This document shows, piece after piece, positions 14,724-24,331 of a DNA stretch of 27,672 nucleotides (positions are counted from its first letter, which is position 1; each line of letters starts with the position of its first letter). Position numbers and translations under genes: made by a program. The notes beneath the pieces were generated by a model. That model saw only the letters and a program-made list of their open reading frames with translations, ran no database searches and was not told where the DNA came from. The stretch comes from a virus (taxonomy: Duplodnaviria; Caudoviricetes): positions 1 through 27,672 of IMG/VR virus record IMGVR_UViG_3300012665_000361; one strand, written 5' to 3'.

Positions 14724-14907
14724 AGAGTAGGAGATAGATTTGGTCAACTCGGGATTCCAATCGATTAACTTGGTCTTTCACGGAACCGCCCCCGTTTGGC
14801 TTTAATTCAGCCAGATAATGCTTTACTAACCAGCGTACTGCAGCGGAAAACCCGCCCAGTATTGTCATGACGGCTACAATAAGTGCAGCCCAATCTGTTG
14901 CACTCAT
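14704..14907 (-). CDS. Membrane protein of a type common in actinophage lysis regions
   Basis: N-terminal transmembrane helix, then ELKPNGGGSVKDQVNRLE coiled coil. Confidence 0.75.
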   Translation of the reverse strand: MSATDWAALIVAVMTILGGFSAAVRWLVKHYLAELKPNGGGSVKDQVNRLESRVDQIYLLLCEKESK

Positions 14908-17147
14908 TATGAGACAGTCCTAACTGTGATAAGCAGAACACCACCGAATCCAGAAAAATTACCGGATGGTGGAGTCTTACGGGAGAATTGAATCTTCTCA
15001 ATAACCCCTTGTACGCGTTCTTCTATTGTGAAGTCTTGAATGTTGATAATGTCACCGACTGCTTCAAGGTTTTCTAGAGTTTCAATACGCTCCCACGCAC
15101 GACCATCATATCCAGCCTTTACATTATATCGGTCAGTTTCTACGTCAAAGCACCAGACAGGAAACTGAATCAATCTCTGTCTCTTGGTAGCAGGTAGAGC
15201 CTTTGCTTGGTAGCCCTTAAAAATAGGACCCAGGGTGGTATCGGTTGCGCTGCGTGAGAGCGTAAACTTGTAGGATACAAACTCATGCGAACCTTCTGGA
15301 TTCGTTGTAGCAGACTCTGGAGAGCCAGTAGCCGAGTTGTATGTAATGACATTGTAAGTAAGTCCGTCATCAGAAATGATTGCTATATCCATGGCTCCAT
15401 GAATAAATTCTCCACGAGCACGGATAAGTTTGTAGTGCTTAGGTTCTAGTGTTCCATAGCGGATAGCACCAGTAGTTAGATAACCAGAACTTACTAATTC
15501 TGTTGCTGACTCAAGATAAACAGCACCGTCGGTTGCTTCATAGGCAGTACAGAAAGCAAGACGTGAGGTTGCTCCAAGGAAGGCTACGCCAGTTGTATAG
15601 TGTTCAGCGGTTTGAACTGCCTGTAGGTCATTGGCATACGCAAAGCGCAAAGGTTCATTCTCAACTGTTTGACCAAGGTCAATACGTGTAAGACCGGCGT
15701 CTAAAGCGCCAATTCCTGTAGTAGCCCAGATGAATCTATCCCGACCAGCAAAATCATAAACTGGCTGAGAGGTTTCCACAATAAGCGGACCGTATCCAAT
15801 AGAGCCATCCTGGTCATTTACGATAGCAACACGGACACCCTTGTTGGTGCCGATACACATATATCCAAGGTAGTAGTAAAGTTTTTCAACTATTTCGCCA
15901 ACGGGAAGTTCTGCAGCAACAGCAGCCTGCGACAAAGTAGGCATAGCGCCAGTAGTAGTAACAAGCGTGTACTTCTGAATTGTAGAGTAAATACCTGAGT
16001 GACCGGCTGTGTAGATAGCAGGACCTGAGGCAGACACGCTTGTGTAATGGTAGTTAGTATTAGGGTTAGTATATGTAGCAGTAGGAAGCGATGTGGCAGT
16101 AGGTGAGATTTCATATACTACGTTATTAATGCAGGCTACAATACGGTCCTTAACGAACTCCATGGTTGCATGAGTAACAACAACACCCGTTGCATTAAAC
16201 ATTAGTGACACATCGCCTGTAAGGCTAGGGTATGTAGAACCGCTTACAGAATCACCAGTTAGTGGCTTCTTAAAGAAATGCATCTTATTCGCACCACCAG
16301 CAGTCTGGTTTGTAATCCAGTATGCATTTACACCATCATCACAGATAGCGTAGACCTTCTCAGATGTGCCAGCGTTGTAGTCGATAAAGTGAATTACTGG
16401 GTTGGTTACACCAGCACCAACTGGAGACACAGCAGCAGATGTTACGTTAGATGCAGTCTTAGCATAGGTAAAAGTAGTTGCTGTGGGTACAGTTGTAATA
16501 CGGTACTCACCATTGAATGTGGCATCTACGCCTGTAATTGTAATAGTCATACCCACTGTAAGTCCGTGGGCAGCAGATGTAGTCAGTGTTGCTACGTTAG
16601 ATGTCAAAGCCTTGTTGCTAATCGATACTGTAATTGCTGGGCAAATCTTGTCAACGTCATATTCATCATGCAGTAATACACCATTGACACCGCCCCATTG
16701 GATAGAACGCATGTGCTGGTTAGTATGCTGATGGTCTGTACCTGTTATGGGACCAGTTGTAACGTGAGTATCTGCAACACTTTTTAGCAGTGTTGCCTGT
16801 CCCTTAGTCCATACATCTATTCCACGAGAGTCATTAAAGCGGTATGGTGTTGTCTCACCGCTAGATGGGTCGTAGAACTTAATGCCTGAACCTACATGGA
16901 AAGATGACTGTGAACGAATCCACCAGCCAGTAAGTGATTGCTCACCTGGCTCCTTGCCATTGTCAAACTGGTCCTTACGATAGGGAGATGTTTCTCTTTG
17001 GTAAGGCACTGTATCTGTAGGAGCCATAAGAAATGGGAGTCCACCGATAGCAACGTCATAGCCTTCTGCGTTGTTTGTCCAAAAGCCAGAGACTCCAGGA
17101 TTACCTACGTTTAACGGGATATTGTCCGTAATATCTGGTGATGCCAC
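14907..17147 (-). CDS. Large beta-rich virion tail protein (nozzle/stabilisation-like)
   Basis: 746 aa, beta-rich, last gene of the tail module; AAGGAG RBS with GTG start. Confidence 0.7.
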   Translation of the reverse strand: MASPDITDNIPLNVGNPGVSGFWTNNAEGYDVAIGGLPFLMAPTDTVPYQRETSPYRKDQFDNGKEPGEQSLTGWWIRSQSSFHVGSGIKFYDPSSGETTPYRFNDSRGIDVWTKGQATLLKSVADTHVTTGPITGTDHQHTNQHMRSIQWGGVNGVLLHDEYDVDKICPAITVSISNKALTSNVATLTTSAAHGLTVGMTITITGVDATFNGEYRITTVPTATTFTYAKTASNVTSAAVSPVGAGVTNPVIHFIDYNAGTSEKVYAICDDGVNAYWITNQTAGGANKMHFFKKPLTGDSVSGSTYPSLTGDVSLMFNATGVVVTHATMEFVKDRIVACINNVVYEISPTATSLPTATYTNPNTNYHYTSVSASGPAIYTAGHSGIYSTIQKYTLVTTTGAMPTLSQAAVAAELPVGEIVEKLYYYLGYMCIGTNKGVRVAIVNDQDGSIGYGPLIVETSQPVYDFAGRDRFIWATTGIGALDAGLTRIDLGQTVENEPLRFAYANDLQAVQTAEHYTTGVAFLGATSRLAFCTAYEATDGAVYLESATELVSSGYLTTGAIRYGTLEPKHYKLIRARGEFIHGAMDIAIISDDGLTYNVITYNSATGSPESATTNPEGSHEFVSYKFTLSRSATDTTLGPIFKGYQAKALPATKRQRLIQFPVWCFDVETDRYNVKAGYDGRAWERIETLENLEAVGDIINIQDFTIEERVQGVIEKIQFSRKTPPSGNFSGFGGVLLITVRTVS

Positions 17148-17204
17148 GTTACTCCTTAGATAGAAAAATTAGTGGGTAGTTTCCGTCCATACCCAGGGAA
17201 CTTT

Positions 17205-17462
17205 TTAGATAACTAGTGTTGCTGCTTCTTCTTCGGTAAGTGGTGTTCCTGCTACCAACTTAGCCTTAGCAGATGCCTTGAGCGCAGCAAGTGCTTCTGC
17301 TGCTGCATCTTCTTCTGCCTTGCGTACTGCTGCTGCTGCAGCATCTACTTCACGCTGTGCAATTTCTTCTGCTGTAAGTAGGCGCTGAGTGACTTCGCCT
17401 GTCTCACAGTTTACTTCAATAGCCATAGGTCTTTCTTCGACAGACATAGGTGTCTCTATCAT
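17205..17462 (-). CDS. Small tail-associated hypothetical protein
   Basis: IEVNC.TGEV..R.LT.EEIA...AKL..G.PLT.EEA; AAGGAG RBS. Confidence 0.7.
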   Translation of the reverse strand: MIETPMSVEERPMAIEVNCETGEVTQRLLTAEEIAQREVDAAAAAVRKAEEDAAAEALAALKASAKAKLVAGTPLTEEEAATLVI

Positions 17463-17490
17463 TGTATTGCTCCTTAGTTGTTGTTATGAT

Positions 17491-18024
17491 TTAAGAATTA
17501 GAAATTCCATAAAGATATGCTGTGCTATACTGCACAAAAGAAGTTGCGTTTTGACTAAAAATCTTTATTGATGTTACGGCTGAACTGCTGTTCCATATCC
17601 CAGAAGCAAAGCCCGACTGAACATCATTTGTTGAGTTAGTTTCAGAAACTCCGTCTGAACCAAAAGATTTAGCGCTTGAACTTGTGTAACTTGGAATGTA
17701 GAAGTCTCCATTTGCAAATGCACTAGTAGTTGCATTGCCTGCATTTCCTGAATAAATATCCAGGAATGAAGTTGTAGTAGTTTTGTTTGAAGCAACCGAA
17801 CCTTCTCTCGCTCTAAGAGATATGCGAGAATAGTTGGTACCAGTATCCCCATTCAATCTTACACCTAGGTCATCGAAGTAATACGGCCCACCTGAAAGAT
17901 TTGTTCTTAATGAATAAACAACTTTCAAGTCTTTGTATGTATTAGGAATACTTGTAAAGTCAATGCTTGAAACAGCCGTTGAGCCAACTGTGCTAGAGGC
18001 AATTAATGTATATGTATCTGGCAT
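17491..18024 (-). CDS. Minor tail/fibre-tip protein, paralog 3
   Basis: FTSIP.TY.DL, R.NGDT..NYS, G.W....A.TSI, LYGI. Confidence 0.75.
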   Translation of the reverse strand: MPDTYTLIASSTVGSTAVSSIDFTSIPNTYKDLKVVYSLRTNLSGGPYYFDDLGVRLNGDTGTNYSRISLRAREGSVASNKTTTTSFLDIYSGNAGNATTSAFANGDFYIPSYTSSSAKSFGSDGVSETNSTNDVQSGFASGIWNSSSAVTSIKIFSQNATSFVQYSTAYLYGISNS

Positions 18025-18033
18025 ATGTGCTCC

Positions 18034-18525
18034 TTAAGCAGCGGTGATTCCGTATAGGGTAAGGGTCGTACCTACCTGATAATTTGAACTTGGGTTAGTG
18101 ATACTGATGCTATTTATAGCAGCCGTACTTCTCCAGATGCCAACAGCGGCACGGACGTAACCGCCGCCATCATTACCTCTCGCTAAAATTGTTTTGTAGG
18201 TTGATGTATTTTTATAACTTTGAAAGTTAAAAATTGAACTAGATTGACGCGTTCCTGCTAGAACTCCAATATTTAGATTTGAAGCATTTGTTTCTCGGTA
18301 CGAAGCGACAGAAGTTCCATCACCATCTAGTTGCGTGCAAGAATAATTACTAGTATCGCCGTTTACACGGATGCAACATCCTTGAGTTCCTGCTGAACCT
18401 ATAGTTCCCTGTACTACTAGAATTAAATCTGTATAAGTACTTGGAATGGAACTAAAGGTGTACGTTGCGACCGCGCTACTGAGAGTCGCTGTCATAATTG
18501 GTGTATAGGTGCTACCTGCTGCCAT
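18034..18525 (-). CDS. Minor tail/fibre-tip protein, paralog 2
   Basis: FSSIPSTYTDL, RVNGDT.NYS, GIWRSTAAINSI, LYGI. Confidence 0.75.
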   Translation of the reverse strand: MAAGSTYTPIMTATLSSAVATYTFSSIPSTYTDLILVVQGTIGSAGTQGCCIRVNGDTSNYSCTQLDGDGTSVASYRETNASNLNIGVLAGTRQSSSIFNFQSYKNTSTYKTILARGNDGGGYVRAAVGIWRSTAAINSISITNPSSNYQVGTTLTLYGITAA

Positions 18526-18531
18526 TGGTCG

Positions 18532-19122
18532 TTACCCCTTAATTCCGTAGAGAGCGAATGATGAACCAGCAACATAATTTCCTTCTGCAAAAATTCTTAT
18601 CGAAGAAACTGCTGCTGTATTTCTCCATAAACCGCTAAACAACCCAATGCCTCCAGAGCCGTTCTTGTCGGAGCCACCAAATGCTTTTGTTGTTGTGTAT
18701 TTATTTGTATCTGAATAATCAAGAATATCAACAATAGACGCAGCAAAAGTGTTTGCTTGTGATTGAGCGTCCGTCAAATCCCAAGTTCCCCAAATTGTTG
18801 TTCCTGGATATGCACTAAATTGCGCAGAGCTACCATTTGCAGTCATTGTATGTACATTGTACGTGCTTCCAGTATCACCATTAAATCGCAGATACATCGT
18901 ATCTACTGAAGCATCTGAACGGGTCGATTTTGCTAAGACACGAATTTGCAAATGCTTGTAAGTAGACGGAATAGATGAAAATGTTACGTCACTGCCACTG
19001 GGTGTTACAGTGGCAATAGATTCGTACGAACTAGGTAAAGGGAGTGCAGCACTCTGGTCCCACACTTTGCTTCGCTTAGTACCAGTAGAAATACTGGCTG
19101 ACTTTAGACTACGAATTCCCAT
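18532..19122 (-). CDS. Minor tail/fibre-tip protein, paralog 1
   Basis: FSSIPSTYKHL, RFNGDT, GLWRNTAAVSSI, LYGI. Confidence 0.75.
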   Translation of the reverse strand: MGIRSLKSASISTGTKRSKVWDQSAALPLPSSYESIATVTPSGSDVTFSSIPSTYKHLQIRVLAKSTRSDASVDTMYLRFNGDTGSTYNVHTMTANGSSAQFSAYPGTTIWGTWDLTDAQSQANTFAASIVDILDYSDTNKYTTTKAFGGSDKNGSGGIGLFSGLWRNTAAVSSIRIFAEGNYVAGSSFALYGIKG

Positions 19123-19681
19123 TGGCTAGTTCCTTTGTTTGTTCAACTTCAATTTGTTCTGGACTTGGAATTGCAAACTCTCCTGCTTGGCGCAGTGCAT
19201 CAAGTGATGCCCAGCCAACCTTGCCACCAGAACCCATTGCTTCTAGTTGGGCTTGACGGGTAAGACGGGCAGACCAATACTCAGGCTGGAGTTGTTCCAT
19301 TTCTTCATAGGTGTACTTGTGTTCAAATGATTCCCAAATTTCAACAAGGTCTCTAAGTTCACGCTCTGCACCAATCATAGTAAGGCGTGTCTGTTCTGCA
19401 CCTAGTTCTTTAATCTGTGCATCAATAGCATCTATCTCATCACCACTAGCCTTAAGGCGAGCAATCTCAATCTCTTGTTTTTTAAGTTCCAACTTAACTA
19501 CTTTGATTGTATAAAATAGATTTTGAATCTCAAGCAATGCTTGTCGGTATTGCTGGTCATCTGTGTCATGCTGCCCAACTACAAACTTTTCCAATTGAAA
19601 ACGTGAGCGTGGTTTTTGAATCTCAGCCAATGCAAGAAAGATTGGATGTGATTCTTCTATGATTGCTACCGAGTTATCCAT
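19109..19681 (-). CDS. Coiled-coil hypothetical protein (possible chaperone)
   Basis: 190 aa, charged and helical, adjacent to the propeller gene. Confidence 0.7.
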   Translation of the reverse strand: MDNSVAIIEESHPIFLALAEIQKPRSRFQLEKFVVGQHDTDDQQYRQALLEIQNLFYTIKVVKLELKKQEIEIARLKASGDEIDAIDAQIKELGAEQTRLTMIGAERELRDLVEIWESFEHKYTYEEMEQLQPEYWSARLTRQAQLEAMGSGGKVGWASLDALRQAGEFAIPSPEQIEVEQTKELANGNS

Positions 19682-19689
19682 TGTGTCCC

Positions 19690-20676
19690 CTAGATTGATA
19701 GTTCGTTTGAAAATGATGAAGGTGAATTGTTTCCGTAAGAAAGCGTTGCGGTAACAGCGCTAACAGTTGAAGTTGCAAAATCAAACTTTTCAATGCTAGT
19801 GGTATATGTGCCACCTGGAATAATTCCACCCATTGTAAAACCAGCAAAACTTTTAGACTGACCAGCAGCATGTGCATTTCTTTTGGTTGCTAACGTACCG
19901 CCAAGCGTACTCATTGATTCACCTGAAAATGTAAATTTAAGAATACGATTACCATAAGTAGATGCATCTTGGTCTCCCATAATGTACATAGCAGTTGCGG
20001 TATCTACTACTGATGGAACTTGACCACCATTTGTTGGAAGCGTTGCTCCAATAGTAGTTCTTGCTTCTGTTGAAAATGTAAGTTTTTGTCCAACATTTGT
20101 CCAACTTGAAGTGTAACCACCAAAAACATATCCAGCATTATTTTTATCTCCACCTTGGACAATTTCTCGTCTTGCTGCATCAAGAGTTGCACCAAGGGTA
20201 GAGTTAGCATCATTGCTAAATAAAACTTTAGAAATTTGTGCAAGGTTTCCAGAGTTGTATCCACCAGAAGAATACCCAGCAGTTCCACTATTAGACATAC
20301 CAGTTCTGTTGCCACCGTGTTGAGTAAGTCCAGTACCAGTATTTGTTCTAGCATCTGTTGAGTATGTAAGTTTGTTTGAATAGTTAACACCAGGTGGTGT
20401 ACTCGGCTCTGGACTCATTACATAACCAGCAACATTAGAGTTTGAAACACCAGAACCATAGTAGTAAGCCTGGTCAAGTGTCGCTGCAATTGTTGCTATT
20501 GTTGTTAAATTCATATCAAATTTTTGAATTTCGTTACGGCGTGTACTACCATCGTAGCCACCAGCAACATAAGCGTAACCTTTGGTTCCACCAAGTACTG
20601 TTACGCCGTCATAAATATCTTGATACTTTGGCAATCCTTGCGCCAAAGTAGATGTTTTAAATCTACTGAATGCCAT
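19690..20676 (-). CDS. Kelch-like beta-propeller tail protein (candidate receptor-binding protein)
   Basis: About six 45-48 aa repeats of GY..GG........I.K..F....S...ATL. Confidence 0.75.
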   Translation of the reverse strand: MAFSRFKTSTLAQGLPKYQDIYDGVTVLGGTKGYAYVAGGYDGSTRRNEIQKFDMNLTTIATIAATLDQAYYYGSGVSNSNVAGYVMSPEPSTPPGVNYSNKLTYSTDARTNTGTGLTQHGGNRTGMSNSGTAGYSSGGYNSGNLAQISKVLFSNDANSTLGATLDAARREIVQGGDKNNAGYVFGGYTSSWTNVGQKLTFSTEARTTIGATLPTNGGQVPSVVDTATAMYIMGDQDASTYGNRILKFTFSGESMSTLGGTLATKRNAHAAGQSKSFAGFTMGGIIPGGTYTTSIEKFDFATSTVSAVTATLSYGNNSPSSFSNELSI

Positions 20677-20688
20677 CGTATCCTCCTA

Positions 20689-21018
20689 TTAGGAAATCTC
20701 TGAGCCGTATGCGTTGAATGACATTGTTGCAGATGATGCGTAAACTGTTACAACGTCTGTTGTTGCTAGCGTAAGACCAAGTGTAATTGCAGTTGTATCG
20801 TTAGCAGCGATTACTACATCGTATGCAACATAGTGCTTTGCAGCAAGTGACTCTGCTGCAGGGCGTACTGCAATACGGAATGAACCAGCAGATGCTGCTT
20901 GATTACAAACTGTTACAGTTGAGATTACTGTTGATGTTGATGATGGTACTGTGTATAGTGTTGTTGCGGTTGTAGCACTTGGGTTGGACTGCGCTAGCAC
21001 CTTGTATGTTGTTGGCAT
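20689..21018 (-). CDS. Small beta-rich virion protein
   Basis: T.LYTVP....VIS.V.VCN ... L...DV..VYAS....F...GSEI. Confidence 0.75.
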   Translation of the reverse strand: MPTTYKVLAQSNPSATTATTLYTVPSSTSTVISTVTVCNQAASAGSFRIAVRPAAESLAAKHYVAYDVVIAANDTTAITLGLTLATTDVVTVYASSATMSFNAYGSEIS

Positions 21019-21031
21019 TTATTTCTCCTAG

Positions 21032-21358
21032 TTACATTCCACCCAGTAAGAATACTGTTGGTGTTGGGTCGGTTGTGATTGTTGCCCACGAAGCGGCTGT
21101 TCCGTTTGTGGTTAGATATTTACCAGAGTTGCTTGTCTGTGATGGCAAAGCATCTACTGTTCCCCAAGAAGCAGCGCTACCATTGGTAGTCAGGTACTTG
21201 CCTGAGTTGCTAGCCTGTGCTGGGATTACATATACAGATGCTGTATCGAGGGCTACTGAGACAGTACCCGATGTTCCACCACCTGTTAAACCTGTTGAAG
21301 CCGTAACCCCTAAAATATCTGCTGCGTGGTTATCGGCATTTGTTCTTGCTTTTGACAT
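21032..21358 (-). CDS. Short fibre protein with a duplicated 20-aa motif
   Basis: TGLTGGGTSGTV, then PAQASNSGKYLTTNGSAASW / PSQTSNSGKYLTTNGTAASW. Confidence 0.75.
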   Translation of the reverse strand: MSKARTNADNHAADILGVTASTGLTGGGTSGTVSVALDTASVYVIPAQASNSGKYLTTNGSAASWGTVDALPSQTSNSGKYLTTNGTAASWATITTDPTPTVFLLGGM

Positions 21359-23403
21359 TATGCTCCCATCATCATGAAGATGTCAGATAGTGCAGCACCG
21401 CTTGCGCTTGGGGCTGCCCACTTAACACCTGTGGTTTGAGTTGAATCTGCGGTAAGTACATAGGTGTTAGTTCCTACAGCAAGGCGTCCCACAGTGTTAT
21501 CTGCTGTTGCTACAAGTAAGTCACCCTTAGCATCTACAATTGTGGTTGTAAGAGCATTAGATACGCTGTATGGAGTCCATGAAAGAACTTCTACTACATC
21601 GCTTGCAGCCAGTGCTGGAGATAGTCCAGTAATTGATGTTCCAGTTGATGCAGTGTAATCAAGACCACGAGCAAGAAGAACACCGTTAAGGTATACCTGC
21701 TCATAGCCAACTGTGTAAGAAAGGCTTACGCTTGAATCATCTGTTCCAGTAAGAGTTGTTTCTCCACCGGCAACTGTTTTGCTCCAGCGTGTTGATGATA
21801 CTGCGGATGTAATTCCTCCCCAAGCAGAACCTGACCAGACCTGCATAGCAGATGTTGTACTGTTCCAGTAAAGAGCACCAGTAGCCAAAGCATTTCCATC
21901 ATTATCTACAGATGGAGCAGAAGCCTTGGCTCCTAAGTAGCGGTCATCAAATGAGTCATATGAAGCGGCTGCAGCGGTAGCAGCAGCGGATGCAGTAGCG
22001 GCATCTGCAGCAACTGTCGAGGCGTATGAATCTACATAAGCCTTAGTTGCAGCGTGTAGGTTAGAACTTGGTGCTCCTGATAGAGTAAGCGCACCAGTCA
22101 TTGTTGAGCCAGACTTTAGCACTACTGTATCTGAGAAGTTTGCTGTATCAGCCAAGGCTGCTGCAATCTCGTCAAGAGTATCAAGTGTTCCAGGTGCTCC
22201 GTTGATAAGGTTAGAGATAGAAGTATCTACATAAGCCTTGGTTGAAGCATCTGCATTTGAAGTTGGTGTGGCAAGGTTTGTAATCTTTTGGCTATTCATT
22301 GAGAATGAACCAGTAGGTGCAGTAAGGTCAGTTACCTTAGATGTGCGTACCTGTGTATCAAAGTCTGAGATTGTTGATGCTGTTTGAGTTCCAGTGTGGT
22401 TAGCACGAGCAAGCGGGTCTGTAGCCAACTTGCTAAGGTCAATTGCTGCACCTGATGCAATATCAGCATTTACGATAGTTGAGTTAGCAATCATCGCTGA
22501 TGTGACAGTTCCTGTATCAGCCTGTGTTACGGCCGTTCCAGTTACCTTAGTTGGTGCAATTGAACCAGCAAGCATTGTGTTTGTAACTGTGCCTGTATCG
22601 GCAGCGGTTATTGCTGTACCAGAAATTTTTGTAGCAGCGATTGCAGCAGAAGCATTGATATCTGCGTTGACGATTGTACCGTCTAGAATCTTGGCAGATG
22701 TTACTGCTCCGTCTGCTAAGTCACCAGCAACGATTGTTCCATCAGCAATCTTAGCCGAAGTAACAGCACTATCTGCGATATCTGCTGTGGCAATTGTGCC
22801 ATCAGCAATTTTGGCTGAGGTAATAGCGCTATCAGCAATCTTGCCTGTAGTAATAGCAGAATCAGCAATCTTGGCAGTGGTTACGTTAGCATCTGTAATT
22901 TTAGCAGTTGTTACTGAGTCAGTAGCCAACTTTGCAGCAGTTACATTTGCATCAGTAATCTTAGCGGTAGTTACAGCGTTAGACTGTAGCATCGCTGTAG
23001 TAATCATGTTTGTATCTGTTGTCTCAAGGACGTTAGCAATTGTCAAACCGTGTGCTGTGGTTACATTCTCAATGTGGTTATTAGCCTCACGGAAGTCACG
23101 GCCAATAGCCATGTGACGAACCTTGGCTCCAGCAGAGTGAGCAATCGCTGTAGTGCCATCAACGCCTGCTCCGCGTGTAATCGTGAGTGTTGTACTTGAA
23201 GGAGAACTTGGATAAATTACATCAACAATTTCTTCAAGCGATGTATCTGGGTCAATAACAACAGTAAATGTTTCACCTGATGCTGGCGTGATACCGCTAA
23301 GTAGAGAAGACGCAGAAGAAACCACCATTGTTGTAGCACTGTTGCTAAGTGCCGAGGTAAGTGTTACTTCCTGGGAAGTTGAGGAGTATTTTCTAACTGT
23401 CAT
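21358..23403 (-). CDS. Tail fibre protein
   Basis: AD..VT.AKI decapeptide repeats, ARANHTGTQ, A.TKAYVD twice, AP.TLDTL.EIAAAL and KGDLL......RL.VG fibre motifs. Confidence 0.88.
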   Translation of the reverse strand: MTVRKYSSTSQEVTLTSALSNSATTMVVSSASSLLSGITPASGETFTVVIDPDTSLEEIVDVIYPSSPSSTTLTITRGAGVDGTTAIAHSAGAKVRHMAIGRDFREANNHIENVTTAHGLTIANVLETTDTNMITTAMLQSNAVTTAKITDANVTAAKLATDSVTTAKITDANVTTAKIADSAITTGKIADSAITSAKIADGTIATADIADSAVTSAKIADGTIVAGDLADGAVTSAKILDGTIVNADINASAAIAATKISGTAITAADTGTVTNTMLAGSIAPTKVTGTAVTQADTGTVTSAMIANSTIVNADIASGAAIDLSKLATDPLARANHTGTQTASTISDFDTQVRTSKVTDLTAPTGSFSMNSQKITNLATPTSNADASTKAYVDTSISNLINGAPGTLDTLDEIAAALADTANFSDTVVLKSGSTMTGALTLSGAPSSNLHAATKAYVDSYASTVAADAATASAAATAAAASYDSFDDRYLGAKASAPSVDNDGNALATGALYWNSTTSAMQVWSGSAWGGITSAVSSTRWSKTVAGGETTLTGTDDSSVSLSYTVGYEQVYLNGVLLARGLDYTASTGTSITGLSPALAASDVVEVLSWTPYSVSNALTTTIVDAKGDLLVATADNTVGRLAVGTNTYVLTADSTQTTGVKWAAPSASGAALSDIFMMMGA
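22620..22985 (-). repeat. 30-bp / 10-aa coding tandem repeat in the tail fibre
   Basis: About 11-12 units of (A/T)D.(A/N/S/T)(V/I)T.AKI. Confidence 0.85.
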
Positions 23404-23406
23404 GGT

Positions 23407-24312
23407 TTAGTACCTCGTGTAGTGGATTCGGGTTGGGTAAAGGTCTTTGAGTCTTGCAGATTCTTCTTTAAGTCTCTGGGTGTATAGCGCCAAGAAGAAG
23501 CGCGAGTTAGATGCACCAGAACCATATTGAATCTTTGTATCTGCATTGTCTGCTTCTGCAGATGAATAGTTAAGACGACCAGCATCCATAAACGCTGCAA
23601 GTCGATAAGCAGCACCATAGACAACAACATCTTTGACCGAAGAGCCAAGTCCTGTTACTGTCTCAAATACTGCCTCAGGAGCAGAGTTTGACAATGATGC
23701 CGGTATCTTTGTATATGTAATCTGGATTGTTCGTCCAGCATCTACATTGTCATAAATTGTAAGCGTATTTCCAGTAGAGAAAGTTGCTACGTTAGCGTTT
23801 GAATCTTGTCGCCAGTTGCGTAGTGGAAGCCATTCTTTTGTAGGCCCAATTGTAGACCATGAGATACTTTGAATAGACTGGACTTCTGCAGGAATTGCGT
23901 AGGTGTTAACTGTGGTGTTATATGTGAATGAGTATGTACCGATTCCATAAAGGGAAGGATAGAGCCCCTCTATGGTTTCGTTAATAGCAGTCTTTACCGA
24001 CTGTCTTGGGAAGGTAGGAGCAATAACTACTTTTTTATTAGTAGCATGTGCTGCTGCAGTAGTTCCCTGATAGCCACGCCCGTAAGGTGCTATCACTGCT
24101 GTAGAAGAAACTCTATCGTATGAATCTATCCAGATAAGTTCGTCTTCAATTTCAATAGAACCTTTGCCGATGTTTTGCACACTGCCAAGGCTCAAAGAAA
24201 GCCCGCTAGATGTCAAGTCAGCAGTTAAGTGAGTTGTACGGTCTTGCCTTAAGGTATATCCTGATAGTTTAAGTAGAACATCGTCTACTAAACCGGCATA
24301 GGTTATTGTCAT
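23407..24312 (-). CDS. Head-tail adaptor / tail tubular-like protein
   Basis: AIN.....LY, Y..P and V.YGA.YRL adaptor-like pattern; lies between head and fibre genes. Confidence 0.65.
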   Translation of the reverse strand: MTITYAGLVDDVLLKLSGYTLRQDRTTHLTADLTSSGLSLSLGSVQNIGKGSIEIEDELIWIDSYDRVSSTAVIAPYGRGYQGTTAAAHATNKKVVIAPTFPRQSVKTAINETIEGLYPSLYGIGTYSFTYNTTVNTYAIPAEVQSIQSISWSTIGPTKEWLPLRNWRQDSNANVATFSTGNTLTIYDNVDAGRTIQITYTKIPASLSNSAPEAVFETVTGLGSSVKDVVVYGAAYRLAAFMDAGRLNYSSAEADNADTKIQYGSGASNSRFFLALYTQRLKEESARLKDLYPTRIHYTRY

Positions 24313-24331
24313 TGTTATCCTTCTTTAAGGT

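Noticed and set aside
17161-17205. Possible minus-strand terminator TGGGTA...TACCCA before the large tail gene
   Set aside because: Only a 6-bp stem with an 11-nt loop and a displaced T-tract; too weak to call.
22394-23116. 240-aa plus-strand ORF
   Set aside because: Antisense shadow of the tail fibre decapeptide repeats.
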